Shown in pieces: positions 18,907 to 27,930 of a DNA stretch of 64,000 nt (positions are counted from its first letter, which is position 1; the number at the start of each line of letters is the position of its first letter). Source of the DNA: an uncultured Gemmatimonadales bacterium (GTDB lineage Bacteria; Gemmatimonadota; Gemmatimonadetes; Gemmatimonadales; GWC2-71-9); NCBI GenBank assembly GCA_963795085.1, contig CAWCFX010000003.1, forward strand, positions 259,411-323,410, in the 5' to 3' direction. Both the position numbers and the translations under genes were made by a program. The notes under the pieces are model-generated. The model was not told the origin of the DNA, made no database searches, and worked only from the letters and a program-made list of their open reading frames with translations.

Positions 18907-19607
18907 GCGACGCCGTGATCAGCGTCCGCGACCTGGCCCGGCAATACACCATGGGGGGCGAGACCATTCACGCCCTCCGCGGGCTCAGTCTCCAGATCCG
19001 GCGCAACGAGTACGTCGCGATCATGGGGCCCTCGGGATCGGGCAAGTCCACCCTGATGAACCTCCTGGGATGCCTGGACACGCCCAGCGCCGGCGAGTAC
19101 TGGCTCAACGGCCAGGAGGTCTCCCGGCTCTCGGATACCGCGCTCGCCCGGGTGCGGAACCGGGAGATCGGGTTCGTGTTCCAGACCTTCAACCTGCTGG
19201 CCCGGGCCACCGCGCTCCACAACGTGGAGTTGCCGCTGGTCTATGCGGGGGCCAGCGGCGCCGACCGGCGGCAGCGGGCAGTCACGGCGCTGACCCGGGT
19301 GGGGCTGGCCGATCGGATGCACCACCGCCCCAACGAACTGTCCGGCGGGCAGCGGCAGCGGGTGGCGATCGCCCGCGCGCTGGTGAACCAGCCGTCCATT
19401 CTCCTGGCGGACGAACCCACCGGGAACCTGGACAGCACTACCAGCGAAGAGATCATGCGGGTATTCGGGTCGCTCCATGCCCAGGGCCAGACGGTGATCC
19501 TGGTGACGCACGAGGCGTCGATCGCCGCCTACGCCCACCGGGTGGTGGTCATCAAGGACGGGCAGATCGCGAGCGACCTCCCCAACTCCTCCATCGCGGC
19601 GGCCTAG
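18903..19607 (+). CDS. ABC transporter ATP-binding protein (MacB/LolD/FtsE-type)
   Basis: Walker [10 protein letters not shown], signature [15 protein letters not shown], Walker [14 protein letters not shown]-loop VTHE. Start overlaps the adaptor stop. Confidence 0.9.
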   Translation: MSDAVISVRDLARQYTMGGETIHALRGLSLQIRRNEYVAIMGPSGSGKSTLMNLLGCLDTPSAGEYWLNGQEVSRLSDTALARVRNREIGFVFQTFNLLARATALHNVELPLVYAGASGADRRQRAVTALTRVGLADRMHHRPNELSGGQRQRVAIARALVNQPSILLADEPTGNLDSTTSEEIMRVFGSLHAQGQTVILVTHEASIAAYAHRVVVIKDGQIASDLPNSSIAAA

Positions 19608-20850
19608 ATGCGGCTTATCGAAGCGATCCGGATGGCGATGGGGGCGATCCGGGCCCAGAAGCTCAAGAGCTTCTTCTCGCTCATCGGGGTGCTGATCGGC
19701 GTGATGTTCCTGATCGCGGTGGTGTCCATCGTGCAGGGCATGAACGTGTACATCGAGGAACGTTTTGCCAACACGCTGATCGGCCTGAACACCTTCAAGC
19801 TGCGGCAGCGGCCGGACTTCACGCCCGGGAATGTCACCGATGAGCAATGGCTGGAATGGCGGCGGCGGCCCCGGATCAGCTACGCCGATGCCGAATTCGT
19901 GACCGATCGGATCACCATGCCGGTCATCGCCGCCAAGTACTGCCGCGACAACGTGACCGTTACCTACGGGAGCAAGCAGGCCAAGGACATCGACTTGATC
20001 GGCACCGAAGTCAGCTACTTCACGATCAAGGATTACGAGATCACCAACGGCCGGGCCTTTACGGCGCAGGAAGTGCGGGCCGGGATGCCGGTGCTGGTAG
20101 TGGGCAGCGAACTGGGAAGCAAGCTGTTCGAGGGCCAGGACCCGGTGGGCAAGGAAGTGCGGGTCGGCGGGCTGCCCTACCGGGTGATCGGGGTGGTGGC
20201 GGAGCAGGGCAACCTCTTCGGCTTTTCGCTCGACAAGTTCGCCCTGATGCCGTACTCCGCGCAGGGACGCCGGCTGATCTGTCCCATCAACATCCTCGAC
20301 GAGCTGGTGGTGAAGGCCGCCAACACCACCGACCTCCGGGTCGCGATGAACGAGGCCGAGGCCGCCATGCGGGCGCGGCGGGGGCTGCGTCCCGGGGCAG
20401 GAGAACAACTTCTCGCTGGAGACCTCCGAGGGGGTGCTCGATTTCTGGGGCAAGATCTCCCGGGTGCTGTTCATGGCGCTGCCGGGCCTGGTCGCCATCT
20501 CGCTGGTGGTCGGAGGCATCGTGATCATGAATATCATGCTGATGGCGGTCACCGAGCGGACCCGGGAGATCGGCATCCGCAAGGCGCTGGGCGCCACCCG
20601 GCGGGACATCCTGTCGCAGTTCCTGGTGGAATCGGCCACCCTCTCCACGGCGGGGGCGGCCATGGGGATCCTGCTGGGGCTGGGCATGGCCTTCCTGGTC
20701 AAGATGCTCACCCCGCTCCCGGCGGCCGTGGCCCCCTGGTCCATCGCCGTGGGCGTACTCCTCGGCATCCTGGTCGGGGTCACCGCCGGCGTGTACCCGG
20801 CGAGCCGGGCCGCCCGGCTCAACCCCATTGACGCCCTGAGGGCCGAATGA
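19608..20850 (+). pseudogene. MacB/FtsX-type ABC permease, paralog 1, split by a +1 frameshift
   Basis: N-terminal 260 aa are in the frame of ORF 19608..20831 (MRLIEAIRMAMGAIRAQKLKSFFSLIGVLIGV..., MacB periplasmic domain). The C-terminal FtsX 3-TM part is in ORF 20434..20850 (...VTERTREIGIRKALGATRRDIL...YPASRAARLNPIDALRAE). The paralogs read RLRPG-x-PN-x-F across the junction. Here the frames switch at GGGG 20394-20397 and the span is 1243 nt (3n+1). Possibly a sequencing error. Confidence 0.75.
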
Positions 20851-22109
20851 AACCGATTCGTGGCGTAGGCCTGTTCCGCCTCTTCGAAGGGGTGGGGATG
20901 GCGCTGGATTCCCTCGTCGCGAACAAGGTTCGCGCCGCCCTGACCATCCTGGGCGTGGCGATCGGGGTGATGGTGGTCATCGCGATGGCCTCGGTGATCA
21001 CCGGCATCAACCGGAGCGTCACCCAGATGCTGGAGGACGCCGGCCCCAAGACCTTCTACGTGTTCAAGTACTGGCAGTCGGGCCTCCACGTCTCCGACGG
21101 CTCGGACGAACTCTCACCCTGGCGGCGCAATCCCTGGATCTCGGTCGCCGAGGCCAACCTGATCCGGGACCTGCCGGGAATCCGCGACGTCACCGTCCAG
21201 GAGGGCACCGGCGGGCCGGTCAGCTACGACGGCACCACCCTCAGCAGCGTGGATATTGCCGGTTTCAGCCCCAGCTGGATCCTGGTCACCGGCGGGCAGC
21301 TGCGGCAGGGGCGCAATTTCACCGAGATGGAGTATGCGTCCCGCGCCCGGGTGGTGGTCATCAACGACAAAGTGGCGGAGACCCTGTTCCTCAACGTCGA
21401 TCCGATCGGGAAGCAGATCAAGATCTTCGGCCTGCCCTTCCAGGTCGTCGGCGTCCACGTCGCGGCGGCGACCCTGTTCGGCAACGAGGCCAGCCCCCGG
21501 ATGGCGATTCCCCACAGCACCTTCGAGAAGGTGGCGGACTACTGGAAGGGCTGGATGAACCTGGTGGTGACGCCCCACGACGAGGTCACCGTCGCCGAGG
21601 CGCAGGACCAGGTGACCGCGGCGCTCCGCACCAGCCGGGGGCTCAAGCCGTCGGCCGACAACAACTTCACCGTGGTGACCCAGGACAAGTTCCTGGAGAG
21701 CTGGAACTCGATGACGGCGGGGTTCTTCGCGGTCATGTTCGCGCTTTCCAGCGTGGGCCTCATGGTGGGTGGCGTCGGCGTCATCGCCATCATGATGATC
21801 TCGGTGACCGAGCGGACCCGGGAGATCGGCGTCCGCAAGGCACTGGGGGCCACCCGCCGGGAGATCATGTTCCAGTTCCTGGTGGAGGCCGTCACCCTGA
21901 CGCTGGTGGGCTGCCTGGTCGGCATGGCGATCGGGGTCCTCATCGCCTGGACGATCCGGACCCTGATCCCGGTCCTGCCGGCCGCCGTGCCGCTCTGGTC
22001 GGTCGTTGCGGCTCTCATCTCCGCCACCCTGACCGGGGTGCTCTTCGGGCTCTACCCGGCCAACAAGGCGTCGAAGCTGGACCCGGTGGAGGCGCTGCGG
22101 TACGAGTAA
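20847..22109 (+). CDS. MacB/FtsX-type ABC permease, paralog 2
   Basis: 420-aa ORF. N-terminal TM, MacB_PCD-like periplasmic domain, FtsX motif VTERTREIGVRKALGATRREIM, C-terminal YPANKASKLDPVEALRYE. ATGA overlap with paralog 1. Confidence 0.85.
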   Translation: MKPIRGVGLFRLFEGVGMALDSLVANKVRAALTILGVAIGVMVVIAMASVITGINRSVTQMLEDAGPKTFYVFKYWQSGLHVSDGSDELSPWRRNPWISVAEANLIRDLPGIRDVTVQEGTGGPVSYDGTTLSSVDIAGFSPSWILVTGGQLRQGRNFTEMEYASRARVVVINDKVAETLFLNVDPIGKQIKIFGLPFQVVGVHVAAATLFGNEASPRMAIPHSTFEKVADYWKGWMNLVVTPHDEVTVAEAQDQVTAALRTSRGLKPSADNNFTVVTQDKFLESWNSMTAGFFAVMFALSSVGLMVGGVGVIAIMMISVTERTREIGVRKALGATRREIMFQFLVEAVTLTLVGCLVGMAIGVLIAWTIRTLIPVLPAAVPLWSVVAALISATLTGVLFGLYPANKASKLDPVEALRYE

Positions 22110-22111
22110 AC

Positions 22112-22146
22112 GTGAGAGGTGAGCAGTAAGAGGTGAGACGTGAGTG
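22112..22146. repeat. five tandem heptamers GTGAGNN (GTGAGAG GTGAGCA GTAAGAG GTGAGAC GTGAGTG)
   Basis: Read directly from the sequence; begins 3 nt after the stop of permease 2. Contains two AGAGGTGA Shine-Dalgarno-like cores. Confidence 0.8.
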
Positions 22147-22182
22147 GGGTCGGGGCAGCCGGCAATGGCTGGCGCCGACCCC
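22146..22182 (+). other. GC-rich stem-loop between permease paralogs 2 and 3
   Basis: GGGGTCGG (22146-22153) pairs with CCGACCCC (22175-22182). Inner CAGCC/GGCTG stem, loop GGCAAT. Followed by CCTTTCCATTCC, a weak T content, so it is not a classic terminator. Confidence 0.5.
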
Positions 22183-22221
22183 CCTTTCCATTCCGGATTT
22201 CTCCCCCGGTTACATTTGGTC

Positions 22222-23466
22222 ATGCCCCTCAGCGAAGCCCTCCTTCTCGCGCTCCAGGCCATCTGGGGCAGCAAGCTGCGCTCGTTTTTCACCCTCCTCG
22301 GCATCATCGTGTCCGTAGGGTTCCTGGTGGCCGTGGTCGCCATCATCCAGGGCATGAACGCTTACGTCAAGGAGAACATCACCGGCGCGGTGATCGGCAC
22401 CAACGCCTTCCAGGTGCGCCGGACGCCGATTGCCTTCGGGCTTCTCGATGACGAGGCGGTCCGGGCCATCAACAAGCGGCCGCTGGTCAGCCGGCGGGAC
22501 GCCGAGGTGGTGGCGCGGGCGCTGCCGGATGCCCAGGCCGTCGCGTTCCAGTCCGGCTGGCCCACGCCGACCAATGACATGGTCTATGGCAACCGCACCG
22601 TGGGCGACGTGCTGGTCTTCGGGATCACGCCTCCGTTCCAGATCGTCCGCGATTACCGGTTCGCGGCCGGCGAGCCGCTGGCCGACCCCGACATCAACGA
22701 GCGACGTTACACCACGGTCATCGGGTTCGACGTCGCCGACAAGCTCTTCGGCGATCCCTACCAGGCGATCGGCAAGCGGGTCCGGTTGGGCGGGCGGGAA
22801 CTGGTCGTGAAAGGCGTTATCGCCCGGAAGGGAAAGGTGCTGGGGCAGTCGTTCGACGGGTTCGCGCTGCTGCCCTACTCCACGTTCGAAGCAATGTATG
22901 GCCGCCGCAAGACGACCGTGGTGTCGGTCAAGATGACCGATGCGGACCAGGTGGAAGCCGGGATGGAGCGGGCCGAGGAGGCCATGCGGATCGCCCACCG
23001 GCTCCGGCCCGGGGAGCCCAATGATTTCACCGTGGACAAGGCCGATTCGCTGGTGGAGTTCTGGCGCAACCTCACCCGGATGCTCTTCACGGTGATCCCG
23101 GCGGTGGTGTGCATCGGCGTCGTGGTGGGCGGCATCGTCATCATGAACATCATGCTGATGACCGTCACCGAGCGGACCCGGGAGATCGGCGTCCGCAAGT
23201 CGCTGGGCGCCACCCGGGCCGACATCCGGCGCCAGTTTCTCATCGAGGCAGTCACCCTGTCCTTCCTGGGGGGCGTCCTCGGCGTGGCGGGCGGCTGGAT
23301 GCTCGCCCTGGGAGTGGCTGCCGCCACGCCCCTGCCCGCCCGGGTCACGCTCTGGTCGGTCAGCCTGGCGCTGGCCCTGGGCGCCGGCACCGGAATCCTG
23401 TTCGGGGTCTATCCCGCCACCCGGGCGGCCCGGCTGGACCCCATTACCGCGCTCCGGGCCGAATAA
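22222..23466 (+). CDS. MacB/FtsX-type ABC permease, paralog 3
   Basis: Part of ORF 22144..23466. The start at 22222 (MPLSEALLLALQAIWGSKLRSFFTLLG) aligns with the paralog 1 N-terminus. An alternative in-frame GTG at 22144 sits just after an SD-like AGAGGTGA. FtsX motif VTERTREIGVRKSLGATRADIR. Confidence 0.8.
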   Translation: MPLSEALLLALQAIWGSKLRSFFTLLGIIVSVGFLVAVVAIIQGMNAYVKENITGAVIGTNAFQVRRTPIAFGLLDDEAVRAINKRPLVSRRDAEVVARALPDAQAVAFQSGWPTPTNDMVYGNRTVGDVLVFGITPPFQIVRDYRFAAGEPLADPDINERRYTTVIGFDVADKLFGDPYQAIGKRVRLGGRELVVKGVIARKGKVLGQSFDGFALLPYSTFEAMYGRRKTTVVSVKMTDADQVEAGMERAEEAMRIAHRLRPGEPNDFTVDKADSLVEFWRNLTRMLFTVIPAVVCIGVVVGGIVIMNIMLMTVTERTREIGVRKSLGATRADIRRQFLIEAVTLSFLGGVLGVAGGWMLALGVAAATPLPARVTLWSVSLALALGAGTGILFGVYPATRAARLDPITALRAE

Positions 23467-24701
23467 TGCTCGACCGGGTGAGCGAGGGGTTCTTCATCGC
23501 CCTCGACGCGATGCGCGCCAACAAGGCCCGCTCCGCCCTCACCGTGCTCGGCGTGGTGATCGGCGTCTCCACCGTGATGACCATGGCCTCCCTCGTCCAG
23601 GGCCTCAAGAACCAGATCCTCGGTACCCTCGAGGTGGCCGGCCCCACCACGTTCTACGTGGTCCGCTTCTTCTCGCAGACCCCACTCAACCCGGACGACC
23701 TGCCCTACGAAGTACGCATCCGCCCGGTGATCAGGGAGGAGGACGCCGAAGCCATTCGCCGAATCCCGGAGATCCGGTATGCCGGCGTGTGGATTCAGCT
23801 CTTTCAGCGGGTCGAGTACCAGGGGATCCGGACCCAGGCGCTCACCGTGTGGGCCGCGGACGACCAGTACATGGAGGTCCAGGGAGGCACCCTGCTGGCA
23901 GGCCGGTTCTTCAGCCGGGCCGAACTCACCGGCGAACCGGTGGCCGTCCTGGAGGACGCCGTCGCCACCCGGTTGTTCGGACAGGTGAACCCGCTGGGTA
24001 AGCTGGTGCGGATCGGGGGCAGTGCCCTCAAGGTCATTGGGATCTACCAGAAACCGGAGAATATCTTCGAGCCCCCCGGCCAGGTGACCGGCGCCATCAT
24101 CCCCTACCAGATGGCGCGGTACAATTACCGGTACGACGAGACCAACGGGCTGTTCCTCACGGTCAAGGGCCGGCCCCTGGTCCCGGTGGACCGGGCCCAG
24201 GACCTGGTCACCGTGGCGCTCCGCAAGGCCCGCCGGCTCCGGCCCGGCATCCCCAATACGTTCGACCTGGTGACCCAGGACCAGATTCTCGATACCATCA
24301 ACAGCCTGACGGGGGCCTTTTTCGGGGTCATGGTCGCGCTCTCCAGCGTGGCGCTGCTGGTGGGCGGGATCGGCGTGATGGCGATCATGATGGTGTCGGT
24401 CACTAATCGGACCAGGGAAATCGGGCTCCGCAAGGCGGTAGGGGCCACCCGGCGGGAAATCCTCTGGCAGTTTTTGGTGGAGGCCGCCACCCTGACACTC
24501 CTGGGCGGGCTCCTGGGCATCGCCGTTGGGCTGGGTGCCGGGCAGATACTCAAGTCGGTCATCGGCCTCCAGTCCGGGGTGCCACTGTGGAGCGCCGTGG
24601 TCGCCTGCCTTGTGAGCGTCGCCATCGGGCTTACGTTTGGCATGTACCCCGCCAACCGGGCCAGCCGAATGGACCCGGTGGAGGCGTTGCGCCATGAGTG
24701 A
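23466..24701 (+). CDS. MacB/FtsX-type ABC permease, paralog 4
   Basis: Part of ORF 23109..24701. ATG at 23466 overlaps the previous stop (TAATG). Opens MLDRVSEGFFIALDAMRANKARSALTVLGVVIGV; FtsX motif VTNRTREIGLRKAVGATRREIL. Confidence 0.85.
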   Translation: MLDRVSEGFFIALDAMRANKARSALTVLGVVIGVSTVMTMASLVQGLKNQILGTLEVAGPTTFYVVRFFSQTPLNPDDLPYEVRIRPVIREEDAEAIRRIPEIRYAGVWIQLFQRVEYQGIRTQALTVWAADDQYMEVQGGTLLAGRFFSRAELTGEPVAVLEDAVATRLFGQVNPLGKLVRIGGSALKVIGIYQKPENIFEPPGQVTGAIIPYQMARYNYRYDETNGLFLTVKGRPLVPVDRAQDLVTVALRKARRLRPGIPNTFDLVTQDQILDTINSLTGAFFGVMVALSSVALLVGGIGVMAIMMVSVTNRTREIGLRKAVGATRREILWQFLVEAATLTLLGGLLGIAVGLGAGQILKSVIGLQSGVPLWSAVVACLVSVAIGLTFGMYPANRASRMDPVEALRHE

Positions 24702-24705
24702 GACA

Positions 24706-24806
24706 GGGGCAAGGGGGCAAGGGGGTATGGGGGTATGGGGGTATGGGGATATGGGGGGATGGGGGGATGGGCTGGACCACTGGACCACTTGACCACTTGA
24801 CCACTT
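24706..24806. repeat. 8-nt-phased G-tract tandem array, about 12.5 units
   Basis: Units read directly from the sequence: GGGGCAAG x2, GGGGTATG x3, GGGATATG, GGGGGATG x2, GGCTGGAC, CACTGGAC, CACTTGAC x2. It fills almost the whole gap between the permease 4 stop (24701) and the bshB1-like start (24814). Confidence 0.9.
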
Positions 24807-24813
24807 ATGACAA

Positions 24814-25530
24814 ATGCCCGTTGACATTCTGGCCATCGCGGCCCACCGGGACGACGTCGAGCTCACCTGCGCCGGTACCCTGATCAAGGCGGTGGATGCC
24901 GGCTACCGCACCGGAATTCTGGACCTGACCGCCGGAGAGAGTGGCACCCGGGGCAGCGCCGCGCTGCGGGCCGAGGAAGCCGGGCGGGCGGCGACGATCC
25001 TGGGCGCGAGCGAGCGGAGAAACGCCGGCCTGCCGGACGCGCACCTGCAGAACACCGAGGAGACCCGGCGGATGGTGATCGAGCAGATCCGCCACTTCGC
25101 GCCCCGGGTCGTCATCCTGCCGTTCGCGGTGGGCCGGCACCCCGACCACCGGGTCGCGTCGGAACTGGGACGGGACGCCTGTTTTCTCTCGGGACTCGCG
25201 CGCTACCCCGCCGACGGGACGCCGCACCGTCCCCACAAGATTCTCTACGCCCTGTCCTACCGTGAGGACCCGCTCAAGCCCACCTTCGTGGTGGACATCT
25301 CGGCGGAATTCGACCGGAAGCTCGCCGCGATCAAGTGCTACGCCAGCCAGTTCGACGGCGCCAAGGCCGCGGGGGAGATCTTCCCCACCGGGCAGGACCT
25401 CTACGGCCTGGTGGAGACCCAGAACGCGCATTACGGGTCGCTGATCCGGCGGCGCTACGGGGAACCGTTCTACACCCACGAAACGGTGCTGGTGGAGGAT
25501 GTCGTGACGCTGGACGTTCAGAGCATGTGA
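24814..25530 (+). CDS. bshB1: PIG-L/LmbE family N-acetylglucosaminyl deacetylase, BshB1-like
   Basis: MPVDILAIAAHRDDVELTCAGTLIK... (AHxDD motif), HPDH motif (GRHPDHRVASEL), and length about 238 aa, typical of bacillithiol biosynthesis deacetylase BshB1. The subfamily call is tentative. Confidence 0.7.
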   Translation: MPVDILAIAAHRDDVELTCAGTLIKAVDAGYRTGILDLTAGESGTRGSAALRAEEAGRAATILGASERRNAGLPDAHLQNTEETRRMVIEQIRHFAPRVVILPFAVGRHPDHRVASELGRDACFLSGLARYPADGTPHRPHKILYALSYREDPLKPTFVVDISAEFDRKLAAIKCYASQFDGAKAAGEIFPTGQDLYGLVETQNAHYGSLIRRRYGEPFYTHETVLVEDVVTLDVQSM

Positions 25531-25599
25531 CGCTGCGCTCTGTATCCAGCACGGGGTCCTGAGTCTTACCCCCGCCCCCCCGCCGGGCTATTTTCCAGC

Positions 25600-26778
25600 A
25601 TGTCCCGAAAGCCGGTTTACCTCGACCACGCCGCCACCACGCCCGTCCGCCCCGAGGTGCTGGAGGCGATGATGCCGTTTCTGACCGACTCGGCCTTCGG
25701 AAACCCCTCCAGCGCCCACCGGTTCGGGCGGGCCGCCCGGGCAGGAATCGAGCAGGCCAAGCGGCAGGTGGCAGCGGCGGTCGGCGCCGAGCCCAACCAG
25801 GTGGTATTTACCTCCGGCGGCACCGAGGCCGATAACCTGGCGATCATCGGGGCTGCGCTGGCGGCCCGCGATGCCGGGAAGCCGATGCTGGTGGCGGTCT
25901 CGGCGACCGAGCACAAGGCGGTGCTGGCGGCGGCGCACGCGGTGAAGCGCATGGGCGGCGAAGAGGAGATCCTGCCGGTGGACCGCCAGGGTATCCTCGA
26001 CCCGGCGTCACTGGACCGGGTGCTGGCCCGCTCCCCCGCGGCGGTATCGGTCATGTGGGTGAACAACGAGACCGGGGCCATTCAGCCGATCCGGGAGATC
26101 GCGGCGCGCTGCCACGACGCCGGGTGTTACTTCCATACCGACGCCGTCCAGGCCTTCGGCAAGATCCCCACCGCGATCCGGGACCTCCCCTGCACTCTCG
26201 TGACCATTTCCGGCCACAAGATCGGCGCTCCCAAGGGCATCGGGGCGCTCATCGTGCGCGACCGCAAGGCGGTCGAGGCGATCATCCACGGCGGCGGGCA
26301 GCAATTCGGGATCCGGCCGGGGACCGAGAACGTGGCGGGTGCAGTCGCCCTGGGCCGGGCCGCCGAGCTCGCCGCGGCGGAACAGGATAGCCACGCCAGG
26401 CGATTGGGGGAGCTCCGGGACGGCCTGGCGCGGCGTTTCCGCGAGCTGGTGAGCGACGTCATCGTGAACTGCGAGGACAGCCCCCGGGCGCCGCATGTCC
26501 TCAGCATCATCGTGCCGGGCGCCGACAGCGAAGCCCTGCTGATGCATTTCGACCTGGCTGGCGTCGCCGTCTCCAGCGGCAGCGCCTGCTCCACCGGCGC
26601 CGTGGAGCCCTCTCATGTCCTGACCGCGATGGGCGTGCCCCGGGAACTCGCGCTGGGCGCCATCCGCTTCAGCCTGGGGCACGAGACCACCGAGGCGGAC
26701 ATCGACCGCGCGGTGGAGGTGTTCCCGTCCGTGGTGGAGAAGGTTCGCAAGCTGGCGGGGGTGCTGGGACGTGCCTAG
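25600..26778 (+). CDS. cysteine desulfurase (NifS/IscS class V aminotransferase)
   Basis: [10 protein letters not shown] opening, PLP-lysine motif [14 protein letters not shown], catalytic loop SSGSACSTG. Confidence 0.9.
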   Translation: MSRKPVYLDHAATTPVRPEVLEAMMPFLTDSAFGNPSSAHRFGRAARAGIEQAKRQVAAAVGAEPNQVVFTSGGTEADNLAIIGAALAARDAGKPMLVAVSATEHKAVLAAAHAVKRMGGEEEILPVDRQGILDPASLDRVLARSPAAVSVMWVNNETGAIQPIREIAARCHDAGCYFHTDAVQAFGKIPTAIRDLPCTLVTISGHKIGAPKGIGALIVRDRKAVEAIIHGGGQQFGIRPGTENVAGAVALGRAAELAAAEQDSHARRLGELRDGLARRFRELVSDVIVNCEDSPRAPHVLSIIVPGADSEALLMHFDLAGVAVSSGSACSTGAVEPSHVLTAMGVPRELALGAIRFSLGHETTEADIDRAVEVFPSVVEKVRKLAGVLGRA

Positions 26779-27907
26779 CCAGTCGAGCGCAGGGGCGGAC
26801 GCTCCCCGGCGGGTCCTCGTGGCCATGTCGGGCGGGGTGGACAGCTCGGTGGCGGCCGCGATCCTGGTCGAGCAGGGATACGATGTCGTCGGCGCCACCA
26901 TGAAGCTCTTCTGCTATGGCGACGAGGTGCCGGACCGGCCCTGCTGCTCGCTCGATTCCATCAACGACGCCCGCGACGTGGCGCACCGCCTTGGCATTCC
27001 GCACTACGTGCTCAACCTGGAGGACCGGTTCAGCCGGTTCGTGATCCAGGATTTTGTCGGCGAGTACCGGCAGGGGCGCACCCCGATTCCCTGCGTGCGG
27101 TGCAATTCGTTCACCAAGTTCCGCGACCTGCTGGCCCATGCCGACGCATTGGGCTGCGACTATATCGCGACCGGGCACTACGCGCGGGCGGTGGACGGCG
27201 CGCTCCGCCGGGGACAGGATCGCAACAAGGACCAGAGCTACTTCCTGTGGGGAGTCGGCCGCGAGGTGGTGGCGCGGATGCTCACGCCGGTTGGCCATCT
27301 GACCAAGGAGGAGACCCGCCGATACGCGCGGGACCTGGGCCTCACCACCGCCGACAAGCCGGAGTCGGTAGAGATCTGTTTCGTTCCCGATGGCGATTAC
27401 GTGGCCGTGCTGGAGCAGCACCTGCCCGCGGACGATCCCGCGCTCACGCCAGGCCCCATCGTCACCACCACGGGCGCGGTGATCGGCCAGCACCGGGGGT
27501 TTGCCCGGTACACCATCGGCCAGCGCCGGGGGTTGCCGGGGGGCGGCACGAAGCCGCAGTACGTGGTCGCGCTCCACCCGGAACGGCGTGAGGTCGTCGT
27601 CGGCAGTCTGGAGGATCTGGCCGGCCATACGGTCCACCTCGACGAGGTGAACTGGCTGGCCGATCCGCTCAGCGCCGGCGATCCGTGCGAGATCCAGATC
27701 CGCTATCGTTCCCGGCCCCTGCCGGCCACCGTCATCAGCGCGGACGGCGCCTCGCTCTCCCTGGCCCTCGGGGTACCGGGGCGCGCCATCACGCCGGGCC
27801 AGTCGGGTGTCCTCTATCGCGGGGAATCCATGCTGGGCGGCGGGGTGATCGCCAGGGCCGGGGAGCCGGGCCGGACCCGGACCCTGCCGGTCATGCAGTC
27901 GGCCTGA
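26771..27907 (+). CDS. mnmA: tRNA 2-thiouridine(34) synthase MnmA
   Basis: GTG start overlapping the desulfurase 3' end. PP-loop [11 protein letters not shown], then [25 protein letters not shown]. The classic desulfurase-mnmA pairing. Confidence 0.9.
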   Translation: MPSQSSAGADAPRRVLVAMSGGVDSSVAAAILVEQGYDVVGATMKLFCYGDEVPDRPCCSLDSINDARDVAHRLGIPHYVLNLEDRFSRFVIQDFVGEYRQGRTPIPCVRCNSFTKFRDLLAHADALGCDYIATGHYARAVDGALRRGQDRNKDQSYFLWGVGREVVARMLTPVGHLTKEETRRYARDLGLTTADKPESVEICFVPDGDYVAVLEQHLPADDPALTPGPIVTTTGAVIGQHRGFARYTIGQRRGLPGGGTKPQYVVALHPERREVVVGSLEDLAGHTVHLDEVNWLADPLSAGDPCEIQIRYRSRPLPATVISADGASLSLALGVPGRAITPGQSGVLYRGESMLGGGVIARAGEPGRTRTLPVMQSA

Positions 27908-27930
27908 ACGCTCCTCTCACACCGGTCACC

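Noticed and set aside
16159-21089. 871-aa and 754-aa minus-strand ORFs (16159..18774, 18825..21089) across the efflux operon
   Set aside because: They are antisense to the TolC, adaptor, ATPase and permease genes, which all have strong motifs. The translations are Arg/Gly/Pro/His-rich with no domain signatures. Treated as shadow ORFs.
22140-22451. 103-aa ORF starting in the heptamer array (MSGVGAAGNGWRRPPFPF...)
   Set aside because: It is out of frame with, and overlaps, the well-supported permease paralog 3, and has Pro/Arg-rich composition. The SD-like cores in the array are better explained as serving the in-frame GTG at 22144, or as non-functional.
24706-24806. Possible CRISPR array, considered because of the regular short repeats here and at 22112, 31471 and 49342
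   Set aside because: The units are 7-10 nt and directly abutting, with no unique spacers and no cas genes in the window. These are microsatellite-like tandem repeats, not CRISPR.
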